From: Candidatus Poribacteria bacterium
Lineage (GTDB): Bacteria > Poribacteria > WGA-4E > PCPOR2b
Assembly: GCA_965208325.1 (NCBI GenBank)
Contig: OZ242326.1
Coordinates: 2,112,001-2,176,000 of the forward strand
DNA: 64,000 bases
Direction of reading: 5' to 3'
Of this stretch, positions 9,828 to 19,469 are shown piece by piece (within the stretch, counting starts at the first letter, position 1; every line of letters starts with the position of its first letter). The position numbers and the translations under genes were made by a program. The notes below the pieces were generated by a model. It was given only the letters and a program-made list of their open reading frames with translations. It was not told the origin of the DNA and did not search any database.

Positions 9828-10649
9828 TCATGCCTGATACCGCCAATCACTACCTGCCATACAACCGCCATCAACGAAGATTACTTCTCCGGTAACGAAA
9901 TTAGAAACTTCAGACGCTAGGTAAATTGTCAGGCCGACGAGATCCTCCGGTTCTCCCCAGCGGTTGGCGGGTGTACGATTCAAAACCCACCGGTTTCGCG
10001 AATCTTCCCGCATCGGTTCGGTGAGCGCGGTTCGGATGAAACCGGGAGCGATGCCGTTGACCTGGATATTATGCCTAGCCCATTCCACTGCAAGCAGCTT
10101 CGTGATTTGCATCAATCCGCCTTTGGATGCGGCGTACGCCGTGATTGTCGGCAGTCCAATCGCGGAAGCTAACGACAGATTATTGATAATTTTTCCGGCG
10201 TTCTGCTGAATCATGACTTTCCCGCAAGCCTGTGTAAGAAAGAAAGTTCCTTTGAGGTTCACATCTGTAACCGTATCCCAGTCAGCTTCGGTGTATTCTT
10301 CAGCGGGACGGCGCACGTTAATGCCTGCATTGTTTACGAGAACGTCGATCCTACCGAATTGATCCATTGTTTGTTCAACTATTCGACCGATATCATCGAA
10401 ATTGCCGACATCAGCTTCAATCGGTATCACCTGACGGCCGCTCTCATTTGCGATGCGTTCAGCAATCGACTGAAGCGGCTCTAATCTCCTGCCGACAATT
10501 AGGAGATTCGAACCCGCCCCGGCGAGACCCTCCGCCATTGCTAGTCCGATTCCGCGGCTCGCGCCAGTAACAATGCTGACTTTATCGTCGAGCCGAAACT
10601 TGTCGATTGTTTTGATTGCGGATGTTTGCATCATTTGCCTACCTTGCAA
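9828..10649 (-). CDS. SDR oxidoreductase (gluconate 5-dehydrogenase / KduD-like)
   Basis: TGASRGIG, NNAG, YAASKGG, RTPANRWGEPEDL. Confidence 0.85.
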   Translation of the reverse strand: MQGRQMMQTSAIKTIDKFRLDDKVSIVTGASRGIGLAMAEGLAGAGSNLLIVGRRLEPLQSIAERIANESGRQVIPIEADVGNFDDIGRIVEQTMDQFGRIDVLVNNAGINVRRPAEEYTEADWDTVTDVNLKGTFFLTQACGKVMIQQNAGKIINNLSLASAIGLPTITAYAASKGGLMQITKLLAVEWARHNIQVNGIAPGFIRTALTEPMREDSRNRWVLNRTPANRWGEPEDLVGLTIYLASEVSNFVTGEVIFVDGGCMAGSDWRYQA

Positions 10650-10740
10650 ATTAACGTCTTGTGCAATGACAGATTATATCACCCTATAGGGATGGGGGCA
10701 AACAAAATGGGCTGAAAACGCTTTACTCAGGTTCATCCGT

Positions 10741-10776
10741 GTGCTACAATAACACACCGTGCTACAATAACACACC
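10741..10776 (+). repeat. Exact 18-bp tandem duplication containing an extended -10 element
   Basis: GTGCTACAATAACACACC x2, upstream of purN. Confidence 0.8.
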
Positions 10777-10858
10777 GTTGCTTTCGCCGTAAGAAACCTC
10801 ATATGAACAACAATCAACCCGATATTTCTGCTAGACCGGAAGGACGAAATTTGAACCC

Positions 10859-11467
10859 ATGAAAATCGCCGTCTTAGCCTCTGGCAGCGGCAGCAATCTA
10901 CAAGTATTGATTGATCAGCTGCACAGAGATACCACGTGTGATATTGAGATTTGCGTGGTGATTAGCGATAAACGAACAGCTTACGCGCTCACCCGTGCGA
11001 GGCAAGCGAACATCCCCATCCATGTTGTAAAGTTACGAGATTTCCCAAATCGCAACGCGTTCGATGCAGAGATTTCAAGAGGTATTGACGAGTACGAAGC
11101 AGAGTTGATTGTCTTAGCAGGTTTTATGAAGGTGCTTCAGCCGCAGTTTGTGCAAAAGTATCGTAACCGCATTGTCAATATCCATCCATCGCTGCTGCCA
11201 GCCTTCCCGGGGGCACATCCGTTACGCGATGCCCTGGCTTATGGCGTCAAAGTTAGCGGGGCGACCATCCATTTTGTAGATGAGGGACTCGATACCGGTC
11301 CTATCATCGCCCAAGTTTCGGTTCCTGTATACGACAGTGATAACGAGGAAAGCCTGCACGCACGAATTCAGATTGAAGAGTATAAAATTTACCCGCAAGT
11401 GGTGAAATTATGTGCGGAAGGCAAGCTCGAAATCTCCGGTCGAAAGGTCACGGTGAAAGAAACCTAG
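10859..11467 (+). CDS. purN: Phosphoribosylglycinamide formyltransferase
   Basis: VLASGSGSNLQ, LAGFM, NIHPSLLPAFPG, HFVDEGLDTGPIIAQ. Confidence 0.96.
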   Translation: MKIAVLASGSGSNLQVLIDQLHRDTTCDIEICVVISDKRTAYALTRARQANIPIHVVKLRDFPNRNAFDAEISRGIDEYEAELIVLAGFMKVLQPQFVQKYRNRIVNIHPSLLPAFPGAHPLRDALAYGVKVSGATIHFVDEGLDTGPIIAQVSVPVYDSDNEESLHARIQIEEYKIYPQVVKLCAEGKLEISGRKVTVKET

Positions 11468-11468
11468 G

Positions 11469-12377
11469 ATGATAGCAGTTTCGACAATGTGGAATGCGAC
11501 AAGTCAATCCGACGGCGCGGCGATGATTGATGAACTTAAAGACCTCGGATTCGATGCTATCGAACTGAGCCGACACCTAACAATGGAGCAACTCGAACAG
11601 CTCAAACCGCATCTGAACCAGACGAAACCGTGTTCCATTCATAATTTTTGCCCTGTTCTCCCGAACCTCCCGCAAGCTGAAGCGGAAAATGATCCGGTTC
11701 AGTTATCAAGTCTGGACGTGAATGAGCGGCAGGAAGCACTGAGGTGGACCACCCAAACAATGGAACTGGCTGCCGATCTTGAGATTCCGATTGTTGTGCT
11801 TCATCTGGGAGAGGTGGACACCCATGATCGGTCTTACCTGATGAGGGATTTGTACGAATACGGGGAGCGGGAATATGAGGCATTTGGCCGCAAAGTTGAA
11901 GAGGCAACCGACTGGCGCAAACGCAAGCAAGCCAAACATCAGGACGCCGCGCTGTTCAGCCTCGACGCCTTAAATGAACTTGCGCTGCGGATGGACCTCC
12001 ATCTGGCAGTTGAGAACCGACCGCACTATTATCAAATCCCAAATTTTGATGAGATGGCGATGTTATTGGAGAAGTTCGAAGGAAGCAACATGCGGTATTG
12101 GCATGATGTCGGACATGCGGCGCTGCAAGAACGCGTTGGGCTCTGTTGGTCGCATCGTTGGCTGGAGGCGTACAAAGACCATCTCATCGGTGTCAACCTA
12201 CACGATCTCAAAGACCTCGAAACCCATTATCCCCCCGGCTTCGGGGATCTCGAATTCAATGAGATTATGGCGGAAATTCCATCGGATGTCCTCAAAGTGA
12301 TCGAAGTCCGGCACGGTCGAGCGGACGAACTCAAGGAAGCGAGGGAGTTGTGTCAATCGCTCGTGCAGGAAGGGTGA
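11469..12377 (+). CDS. Sugar phosphate isomerase/epimerase (xylose isomerase-like TIM barrel)
   Basis: AVENR, WHDVGH, NLHD, H-PPG-G metal-binding motifs. Confidence 0.8.
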   Translation: MIAVSTMWNATSQSDGAAMIDELKDLGFDAIELSRHLTMEQLEQLKPHLNQTKPCSIHNFCPVLPNLPQAEAENDPVQLSSLDVNERQEALRWTTQTMELAADLEIPIVVLHLGEVDTHDRSYLMRDLYEYGEREYEAFGRKVEEATDWRKRKQAKHQDAALFSLDALNELALRMDLHLAVENRPHYYQIPNFDEMAMLLEKFEGSNMRYWHDVGHAALQERVGLCWSHRWLEAYKDHLIGVNLHDLKDLETHYPPGFGDLEFNEIMAEIPSDVLKVIEVRHGRADELKEARELCQSLVQEG

Positions 12378-12392
12378 GGCGTAGCACGTCCG

Positions 12393-13346
12393 CTAGAACC
12401 CCTGATTTCGATTAAATGTGCCCAACATGGGTTCCCCGTTTATCCACCGAGACAAATTTTCCAAGAATTGATCCCAAGTCCGTTCGAGCCGCACCGGGGA
12501 TGCGCCCGCGCAGTGCGGTGTGATAACGACGTTTTCCATTCCCCAGAGCGGGTTGTCCGGCGGCAGCGGTTCCTCGGGTACGACATCTAACCCGGCACCG
12601 GCAATCCAGCCTTCCTGTAACGCTTCAATTAACCCATGCATGTCCATAATCTGCCCGCGCGTGACGTTAATTAGATATGCCGTCCGTTTCATCTGCTGAA
12701 ATACTTCGCGGTTGAACAACCCTCTCGTCTGCTCTGTCAGCGGCAACCCAATCATCACGACATCGGATTCCCCGAGCAGCTTAGGCAGCTGATCGAGTCC
12801 CCAAATCTCCTCTATGAAGTCCGGCGCCGGGACATCAACAACGATGTCAATGGCGAGCACACCCATCCCGAAGGCGTGTGCACGCACCGCTGCCTCTCTC
12901 CCGGTACCGCCGAATCCGACGACGCCCATGACTTTCCCGTACAACTCCTGGCTTTCATACGGGTAGCCATCCCACTTACGGTGATGCGCGGCGGGCGCAA
13001 TGCCGCGGGTCAAGGCAAGCAACAGTCCAAAAGCGTGTTCCGCCAAAGGGATCCCGACGAAGCCTTTGCCCGAGGTGAGCACAACCTCGCTCTCGACGAA
13101 TTCAGGGAACAGAAACATGTCCACACCGGCGCTGTAGGTCTGCACCCATTTCAATTTTCGCGCCTTCAAGAATAACTCCCGATCGAAATTGGGAAAGAGA
13201 ATCTCGGCATCTTCAACTTCCTTGAGCGACTCCTCTCGCGAGGAGGTGAGCGTTACTTCTATCTTTTGCTCCGGATGTGAGCGCGCGAACTGCTGGAGGC
13301 GATCCACTAGGTCACGGTTCTGAACTCCTTCGACTAATATTTTCAT
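12393..13346 (-). CDS. D-2-hydroxyacid dehydrogenase
   Basis: GFGGTG, INVTRG, AGLDV, ITPH. Start at ATG 13346 after an AAGGAG RBS. Confidence 0.9.
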   Translation of the reverse strand: MKILVEGVQNRDLVDRLQQFARSHPEQKIEVTLTSSREESLKEVEDAEILFPNFDRELFLKARKLKWVQTYSAGVDMFLFPEFVESEVVLTSGKGFVGIPLAEHAFGLLLALTRGIAPAAHHRKWDGYPYESQELYGKVMGVVGFGGTGREAAVRAHAFGMGVLAIDIVVDVPAPDFIEEIWGLDQLPKLLGESDVVMIGLPLTEQTRGLFNREVFQQMKRTAYLINVTRGQIMDMHGLIEALQEGWIAGAGLDVVPEEPLPPDNPLWGMENVVITPHCAGASPVRLERTWDQFLENLSRWINGEPMLGTFNRNQGF

Positions 13347-13582
13347 CACGGTCTCCTTCACGGTTTTTGTCAACGCAGCATTATAACAGAGATATTGATA
13401 CGGCTCAACGGAAAACCGAAATGCTCTAAGATCGCCCTTGAATCTCAATAGCGAAGTTGCTATAATTTCACACATGGAAGACATCTTGGTGCCAGGCGTA
13501 AATCGCCACGGGAGCTACTGTCTTTAGGTATTTGCCGGCTTTAACAGAATGATTGAGGAACAGGTAACTTTGTAAATAATCG

Positions 13583-14767
13583 ATGGATTGGTGCTCCATG
13601 AGTAGCCGACGCTTACAAATAACATTGCAGCCTGAGGTGCTGCGCTGGGCGCGAGAACGAGCCAAACTTCAGCCCGAAGAACTTGCGCAAAAAATGGGCG
13701 TGAAACTGCCGGACCGAGTGTTGAAGTGGGAGCATGATGGGGCGATTAGCGTTGCGCAGGTGGACAGGCTTGCTAAATGCACTTATACGCCGTTGGGGTT
13801 TCTATATTTGGAGCGGCCGCCTGACGAGCGTCTGCCAATTACGGACTTCCGAACCCGAGAGGGTACCCCTCCGCCAAGCCCCGATCTGCTTGAGACCGTA
13901 TATCTGATGCAGCGGCGGCAAGCTTGGATGCGCGATGAACTCATTGAAGACGGCGCTGAACCGTTAGACTTTGTCGGGGCATATGGGTTGCATTCCCTAC
14001 CTCGGGACGTGTCGACTGCTATGCGCGCGGTTCTACAACTTACCGATGGGTGGACAAATACACAGAGCACATGGAGCGGTGCGCTCAGATTGCTCCTAGA
14101 CCGGCTTGATACCGCCGGCGTATTGGATTGCTTTAACGGTGTAGTAGGCAATAACACGCACCGAAAGCTGAATCCAAATGAATTTCAGGGTTTTGCCTTG
14201 GCGGATGAATATGCCCCGCTTGTCTTCGTTAATAGCGCCGATTTCAAAGCCGCGCAAATCTTTACCCTAGCTCATGAGTTTGCTCATCTCTTCATCGGAA
14301 AGAGCGGAGTCTCCAACTTCAGAATCCTTCAACCGGCGTCAAATATAACCGAAAGGTTCTGCAACGAAGCTGCGGCGGAGTTTCTAATACCGGAAGAAAA
14401 ATTTCATGAACTATGGCCTCATGTGGAGCGAGCGAACGATTGCTATCAGGCTATCGCAGGTAGATTCAAAGTGAGTTCCGTGGTAGCCGCACGCCGAGCG
14501 TTTGACCTCAACCTAATCGGCAGAGATGTATTCTTCAGGTTCTATCAGGAATACGATGATAAGGAAAAACGCAGCATTCGGGAGAGCGAAGTCGGTGGAG
14601 GGAATTTCTGGAGTATTCAAAGATGGCGAATAGGCCCCCGTTTTGCCGCTGCAATCGTGCGAGCGGTCAGGGAACGACGTATGCTCTATCGCGAGGCGTA
14701 CAACCTCACAGGGTTGAAAGGCGAAACCTTTGAAAACATGCCTGAGAAACTAGGGGTGTCGATTTGA
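13583..14767 (+). CDS. XRE-HTH plus ImmA/IrrE-family metallopeptidase
   Basis: N-terminal HTH (VLRWARERA...ELAQKM); FTLAHEFAH zinc motif; ERFCNEAAAEFL. Confidence 0.88.
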   Translation: MDWCSMSSRRLQITLQPEVLRWARERAKLQPEELAQKMGVKLPDRVLKWEHDGAISVAQVDRLAKCTYTPLGFLYLERPPDERLPITDFRTREGTPPPSPDLLETVYLMQRRQAWMRDELIEDGAEPLDFVGAYGLHSLPRDVSTAMRAVLQLTDGWTNTQSTWSGALRLLLDRLDTAGVLDCFNGVVGNNTHRKLNPNEFQGFALADEYAPLVFVNSADFKAAQIFTLAHEFAHLFIGKSGVSNFRILQPASNITERFCNEAAAEFLIPEEKFHELWPHVERANDCYQAIAGRFKVSSVVAARRAFDLNLIGRDVFFRFYQEYDDKEKRSIRESEVGGGNFWSIQRWRIGPRFAAAIVRAVRERRMLYREAYNLTGLKGETFENMPEKLGVSI

Positions 14768-15279
14768 TGCACACCCGTCGCCCCTTGTACGTGCTAGATT
14801 CGGATGTCTTAATTGGGGCACACCGCCGCCATTACGCACTGGACCTGTGACCGGGATTTTGGGATTGCTTGATACATTTTTGTGGAGAAAACCGGGTGCG
14901 GAGTATTGATCGGGTGCGAGACGAGCTAATTCTCAATTCAGATCGACTGTCTGAGTGGGCGAAGCAGGCACCGGACAATCTGTTTGTATCCACAGCAGAT
15001 GAATTGGTTATAGATACTTACATGGAAATGAATAAATGGGTAGCAGAAAATGGGCAATTCCAACCGCGAGCCAAAGCAGAATTTGCAAACGCTGCCGACG
15101 GATGGGTTGCAGCCTACGCTAGTGTCCACAAAGCAATCGTGATTACCCATGAAGTGTTCAGAGAGAATGTAAAAAGAAGGGTACCCCTCCCAAACGTTTG
15201 CCGACAATTTAACACTAATTATCAGGATACGTTCGAAATGTTGCGCAAGCTAGAGGTACGTTTTGACTGGATCCGTTAA
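14767..15279 (+). pseudogene. DUF4411 (PIN-like) protein with an in-frame TGA at codon 28
   Basis: ATG overlaps the upstream stop. Reads MHTRRPLYVLDSDVLIG...YALDL*PGFWDCL...ADGWVAAYA...VITHE...LPNVC; TGA at 14848-14850. Confidence 0.8.
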
Positions 15280-15334
15280 TTCCGTTAATAATGTGTGCCC
15301 CGTCAACTTATGGTGCTGATTGGCACTCTAAACT

Positions 15335-16096
15335 ATGGACATGCGCCTTGAAGCCGCCGAATACTACGATCTACAGCCCTTTCCAAATGACATGCCATTT
15401 TATGAAAACCTGATATCTTTCAACACGGTTGATGTGCTTGAACTAGGTTGTGGAACTGGGCGTGTCCTGTCGCGTCTCGCAAACCGGTGTAGGTATATTC
15501 ATGGAATCGACCTGTCTGAAGCCATGCTCTCAATTTGCCACCAAAAGCTACAGGAAACGGTAATTCCAAAGGAGAAGGCGTACGTTGAAGTCGGCGACAT
15601 TAAAGACTTTTGTCTCGGACGCACCTTCGATTTCATCATTGCTCCGTTCCGTGCGATCCAAAACCTTGAGACTGATGATCAGGTCAATGGACTCTTTCAC
15701 TGTATTGATAAACACCTAGCACCGAATGGGAACTGTATCTTAAATGCCTTTCACCCTTGGCCCCTTGAGAAATTACGCCATATCTTGACGACCAGAGAGG
15801 AAAAGTTTAATTGGGAGGCGACATCTGGTGAGGTTCGGATTACCTGTCATTATAGATTTCGCCACATTGATTTTGAGAAACAAGTGCTATATCCTGAATT
15901 AATATATCGGAACTACAAAGACAGTACGCTCGAATGCGAGACCATCTTCAAAATTATTATGAAGTTTTACTATCCTCAACAGTTTGAGGATTTGATTGTT
16001 AGGCACGGGTTCAAGATTCTCAATCGCTGGGGCGGATATGCCGATGAACCTTACGGAGGTGGATCTGAACTGGTAATTGAGTTTGGCTTTCGTTAG
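15335..16096 (+). CDS. Class I SAM-dependent methyltransferase
   Basis: VLELGCGTGR, GIDLSEAML. Confidence 0.88.
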   Translation: MDMRLEAAEYYDLQPFPNDMPFYENLISFNTVDVLELGCGTGRVLSRLANRCRYIHGIDLSEAMLSICHQKLQETVIPKEKAYVEVGDIKDFCLGRTFDFIIAPFRAIQNLETDDQVNGLFHCIDKHLAPNGNCILNAFHPWPLEKLRHILTTREEKFNWEATSGEVRITCHYRFRHIDFEKQVLYPELIYRNYKDSTLECETIFKIIMKFYYPQQFEDLIVRHGFKILNRWGGYADEPYGGGSELVIEFGFR

Positions 16097-16250
16097 GGTA
16101 CGACTCGGACGCTTTTGCCGCCGTTCCGTAGACCGATGTATGATATAATGTCCTGATCGGAAAACGGGCAGCGAATTGAACGAATTTAGAAATTGCGACA
16201 ACGGGTTTCTGGGGAGATTCCCACATGCAGCAAGCTTTATTGATGTTGAC

Positions 16251-18509
16251 ATGAATGTGTTCAGGAGAAAGAGTTTGAGATTTGGTTTGCGATTATGTGC
16301 GTTAGCGTTCGCTGCGCTGGTGTGTATACCCATCGCTCCCGCCGCCGATGAGGAAGATGATGATATCATTATGCTGGAAGAGATAATGGTGACTGCCCGC
16401 AAACGCGAGCAGCGGTCTTTTGAGGTGCCGCTTTCGGTTTCGACGCTGCGGGGCGAAAAAGCCGACACCTTGCGCTCATCCGGACTGGACATACGTTACT
16501 TGTCGAACCGCACACCCAGTTTGCAGATGGAATCCTCGTTTGGGCGCGTATTTCCGCGCTTTTATATCCGCGGTCTAGGAAATACGGACTTTGACCTCAA
16601 CGCGTCGCAGCCGGTTTCTGTCCTTTATGACGGCGTTGTACTTGAAAATGCGCTGTTGAAAGGCTTTCCTGCCTTTGATTTGGATCGGATTGAAGTGCTG
16701 CGGGGACCGCAGGGCACGTTGTTCGGACGCAACACCCCCGCTGGCGCTGTCAAGTTTGAATCGGCGCGCCCCACGCAGGAATTTGAGGGATACGGGCGGT
16801 TTAGTTACGGCCGGCATAGCACTAGTAATTTTGAGGCTGCGGTGTCCGGCGCACTCATCCCATCTGTGCTTTCCACGCGGATTTCACTGCTTGACCAACG
16901 GCGAGATGACTGGATAGATAACGTGCATACGGATGGAGACAACGCTCTAGGCGGGCATCGGGATTTCGCAGGCCGGATACAGTTATTATGGACTCCCACA
17001 CCGGAACTAAAAACGTGGGTCAAGTTTCACCTTCGCGATTTGGACGGCACGGCGCGACTGTTCCGCGCCAATACTTTGGCGCAGGGGCAAGGCGATCTCG
17101 TGGACGATTTCGCCCGCGACCGCATTTCACACGACGGCCGTAATGAGCAAACTCTGAATTCACAAGGTTTAGCAGCGGAAGTCCGCTACAACATGGGGAA
17201 CTTCCAACTGGTTTCACTGACAGGGCTGGAGCGGTTGACCATGTTTGCGCGCGGCGATATTGACGGCGGATACGGCGCCGTTTTCAGTCCGCCGAGCGGC
17301 CCCGGCGAGATTCCTTTTTCATCCGAAACAGCGTCCGGCATTCCCAAACTCCACCAGTTTAGCCAAGAGGTCCGCTTAGTGAGTATAGCACCGTACCGTC
17401 TCGCCTATCAGTTCGGGTTGTATTTTTTCCGCGAGTTTGTGGAGATGGAGGATTTCAACTACAATACCTTAGCAGGCGGAACCGATGATGGTAAGGTGCG
17501 GCAAGAGCAAGAAGTGACTGCGCGGGCGGCATTTGCGGCGATGACATACCAATGGAACAAGGATTTGGAATTGGGCGCCGGTTTGCGATTATCTAATGAT
17601 TCGAAGGACTATACCGCATGGCGAGACACTTCCCCAGCCGTTACGGAGGCAGGTCCCATAGGTCCTATCCACCGGAATCCGCAAGGCACGGTGTGGAGTG
17701 GAGATTTGAGTCTGCGCTACCGGGTCTCGCCCAGCGTGCAGACGTATTTGCGCACAGCACGCGGATTTCGTGCGCCGAGCATTCAGGGACGCCTATTGTT
17801 TGGCAATGAGGTCACGGTAGCGGATACGGAGACGATTCTCTCTTTTGAAGGCGGCACGAAATTACGCCTGTGGGAACAGCGGATGCACCTGAACATGGCT
17901 GCATTCCATTACTTTATGCAAGATCAGCAACTGACTGCAGTTGGCGGAGAGGCTAATTTCAACCGGTTGGTGAATGCTGGCAGCACAATCGGCCGGGGCG
18001 TTGAGGCGGAACTGACCCTTGCACCGATTACAGCGATTGAGGTTAAAGCGGGACTCAGCTACAACCATACACGAATTGATGATCCGCACTTAGCGGTACA
18101 GGGCTGCGGCGCTCCCTGCACTATGTTGGATCCGCCCGGTTCTGTCGACGGAACTTACTCCATAAACGGCAACAGTCTGCCGCAAGCACCGGGTTGGATT
18201 GCAGATGCGGCGCTGCGCTACGCCCTCGCACTTCCAGGCGGTGCGCACCTCATCGCGTCTACGGACTGGGCATACCGCAGCCGCGTACGGTTCTTTCTTT
18301 ACGAATCTGCCGAATTCGGCGACGATTGGCTCTTGGAAGGAGGTCTCCGCCTCGCTTGCCTATTGCCATTCGCCGATATGGAAGTTGCAATCGTGGGGCG
18401 CAACATCCTCAACGACACGTCTCCTACCGGCGGTATTGATTTTAACAATCTGACCAGCTACGTCAATGAAACCCGGTTTTGGGGAATGGAAGTCGTGCGG
18501 CGATTTTGA
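16251..18509 (+). CDS. TonB-dependent receptor
   Basis: Signal peptide, EEIMVTARKRE TonB box, RIEVLRGPQGTLFGRN plug motif, C-terminal F. Confidence 0.92.
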   Translation: MNVFRRKSLRFGLRLCALAFAALVCIPIAPAADEEDDDIIMLEEIMVTARKREQRSFEVPLSVSTLRGEKADTLRSSGLDIRYLSNRTPSLQMESSFGRVFPRFYIRGLGNTDFDLNASQPVSVLYDGVVLENALLKGFPAFDLDRIEVLRGPQGTLFGRNTPAGAVKFESARPTQEFEGYGRFSYGRHSTSNFEAAVSGALIPSVLSTRISLLDQRRDDWIDNVHTDGDNALGGHRDFAGRIQLLWTPTPELKTWVKFHLRDLDGTARLFRANTLAQGQGDLVDDFARDRISHDGRNEQTLNSQGLAAEVRYNMGNFQLVSLTGLERLTMFARGDIDGGYGAVFSPPSGPGEIPFSSETASGIPKLHQFSQEVRLVSIAPYRLAYQFGLYFFREFVEMEDFNYNTLAGGTDDGKVRQEQEVTARAAFAAMTYQWNKDLELGAGLRLSNDSKDYTAWRDTSPAVTEAGPIGPIHRNPQGTVWSGDLSLRYRVSPSVQTYLRTARGFRAPSIQGRLLFGNEVTVADTETILSFEGGTKLRLWEQRMHLNMAAFHYFMQDQQLTAVGGEANFNRLVNAGSTIGRGVEAELTLAPITAIEVKAGLSYNHTRIDDPHLAVQGCGAPCTMLDPPGSVDGTYSINGNSLPQAPGWIADAALRYALALPGGAHLIASTDWAYRSRVRFFLYESAEFGDDWLLEGGLRLACLLPFADMEVAIVGRNILNDTSPTGGIDFNNLTSYVNETRFWGMEVVRRF

Positions 18510-18730
18510 CCAAGGTACAGGCAATCCTTCAACACTGTGATTATTGGGCATGAAACTGAAAATATGACTGGCAAATCTCGTTATAGTCATTTCGGTTCAT
18601 GTTTATGCAAGGAGTGATCAACTGATTGATAATCGAGGCTAGGAAGCCTCTCCCACAAAACAATTGGTAAGCGCATAATTTTTAGTCGTAATGGCTATAG
18701 TACAGCTTTGACAAATTTCTTGGTGGACAA

Positions 18731-19021
18731 ATGAACAAAGATTAAGTTTTGAAGGTACTCCGGGCGCACAAATCGATTCTTACGCAACGCTTTGGCGTAA
18801 CAAACCTCGCCGTATTCGGCTCAGCCGCGCGTGACGAGATGTCCTCCGACAGTGACATTGACATCTTGGTTCGATTCGACCGGCCGGGGACCTCAAAAGC
18901 CTACTTCGGCGTGCAATTTTACTTGGAGGACCTGCTGGGGCATCCAGTCGATCTGGTCACTGACAAGGCGTTGCGGGTTGAGCTACGCCCTCATGTTGAG
19001 CAGGAGGCTATTGATGTGTAG
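18731..19021 (+). pseudogene. Minimal nucleotidyltransferase (MntA-like antitoxin) with a nonsense codon at position 5; no HEPN partner gene follows
   Basis: MNKD*VLKVL...FGSAARD...SDIDILV...VDLVT; TAA at 18743-18745. Translation could restart at TTG 18749. Confidence 0.75.
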
Positions 19022-19144
19022 GTTCGGCGCGAAACCCCACGGCGGACGTTCTTTCTTTTAGAACACAATCGTATTCACGATAGGGAATCTATTTGTAGAT
19101 TAGAAATCAGCATCAAATGAACTTTTTGGTTACCAAATGACATG

Positions 19145-19224
19145 ACGGATAAATCACATTTGCTGCTAACAGATGCGCAACAAATTCGTTTGTTGCGCAC
19201 AAAATGAAAAATATGCACGACAAA
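19145..19224. repeat. Upstream short copy of the Fic-associated palindrome array
   Basis: TTTGCTGCTA-ACAGAT-GCGCAACAAA-TTCG-TTTGTTGCGC-16 nt-GCACGACAAA; same units and spacers as 20637-21504. Confidence 0.85.
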
Positions 19225-19291
19225 ACTCTCTTTTTCACATAGGAATTACGCACTTCAGTGATGAACAACAATCGTTGCTCTCTGCCAAAAG

Positions 19292-19391
19292 GTAGTAGGT
19301 ATACGCCGTATGCCGTAACCCTCGTTCCGATGCTTTCATCTGGTTTCATAGCAATACGTACATGTAACGGCACACGGAGTGTGCCTACTAC
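19292..19391. repeat. REPIN-like inverted pair of GTAG-type REP elements
   Basis: GTAGTAGGTATACGCCGTATGCCGT ... ACGGCACACGGAGTGTGCCTACTAC; the arms are complementary at 21 of 25 positions. Confidence 0.75.
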
Positions 19392-19469
19392 TATGGTTTG
19401 AGCGTTCAACTAAGTAAGTGCTCTACCTAATCACGTTCCACTAAACCAAATATCAATGACAATTTTATA

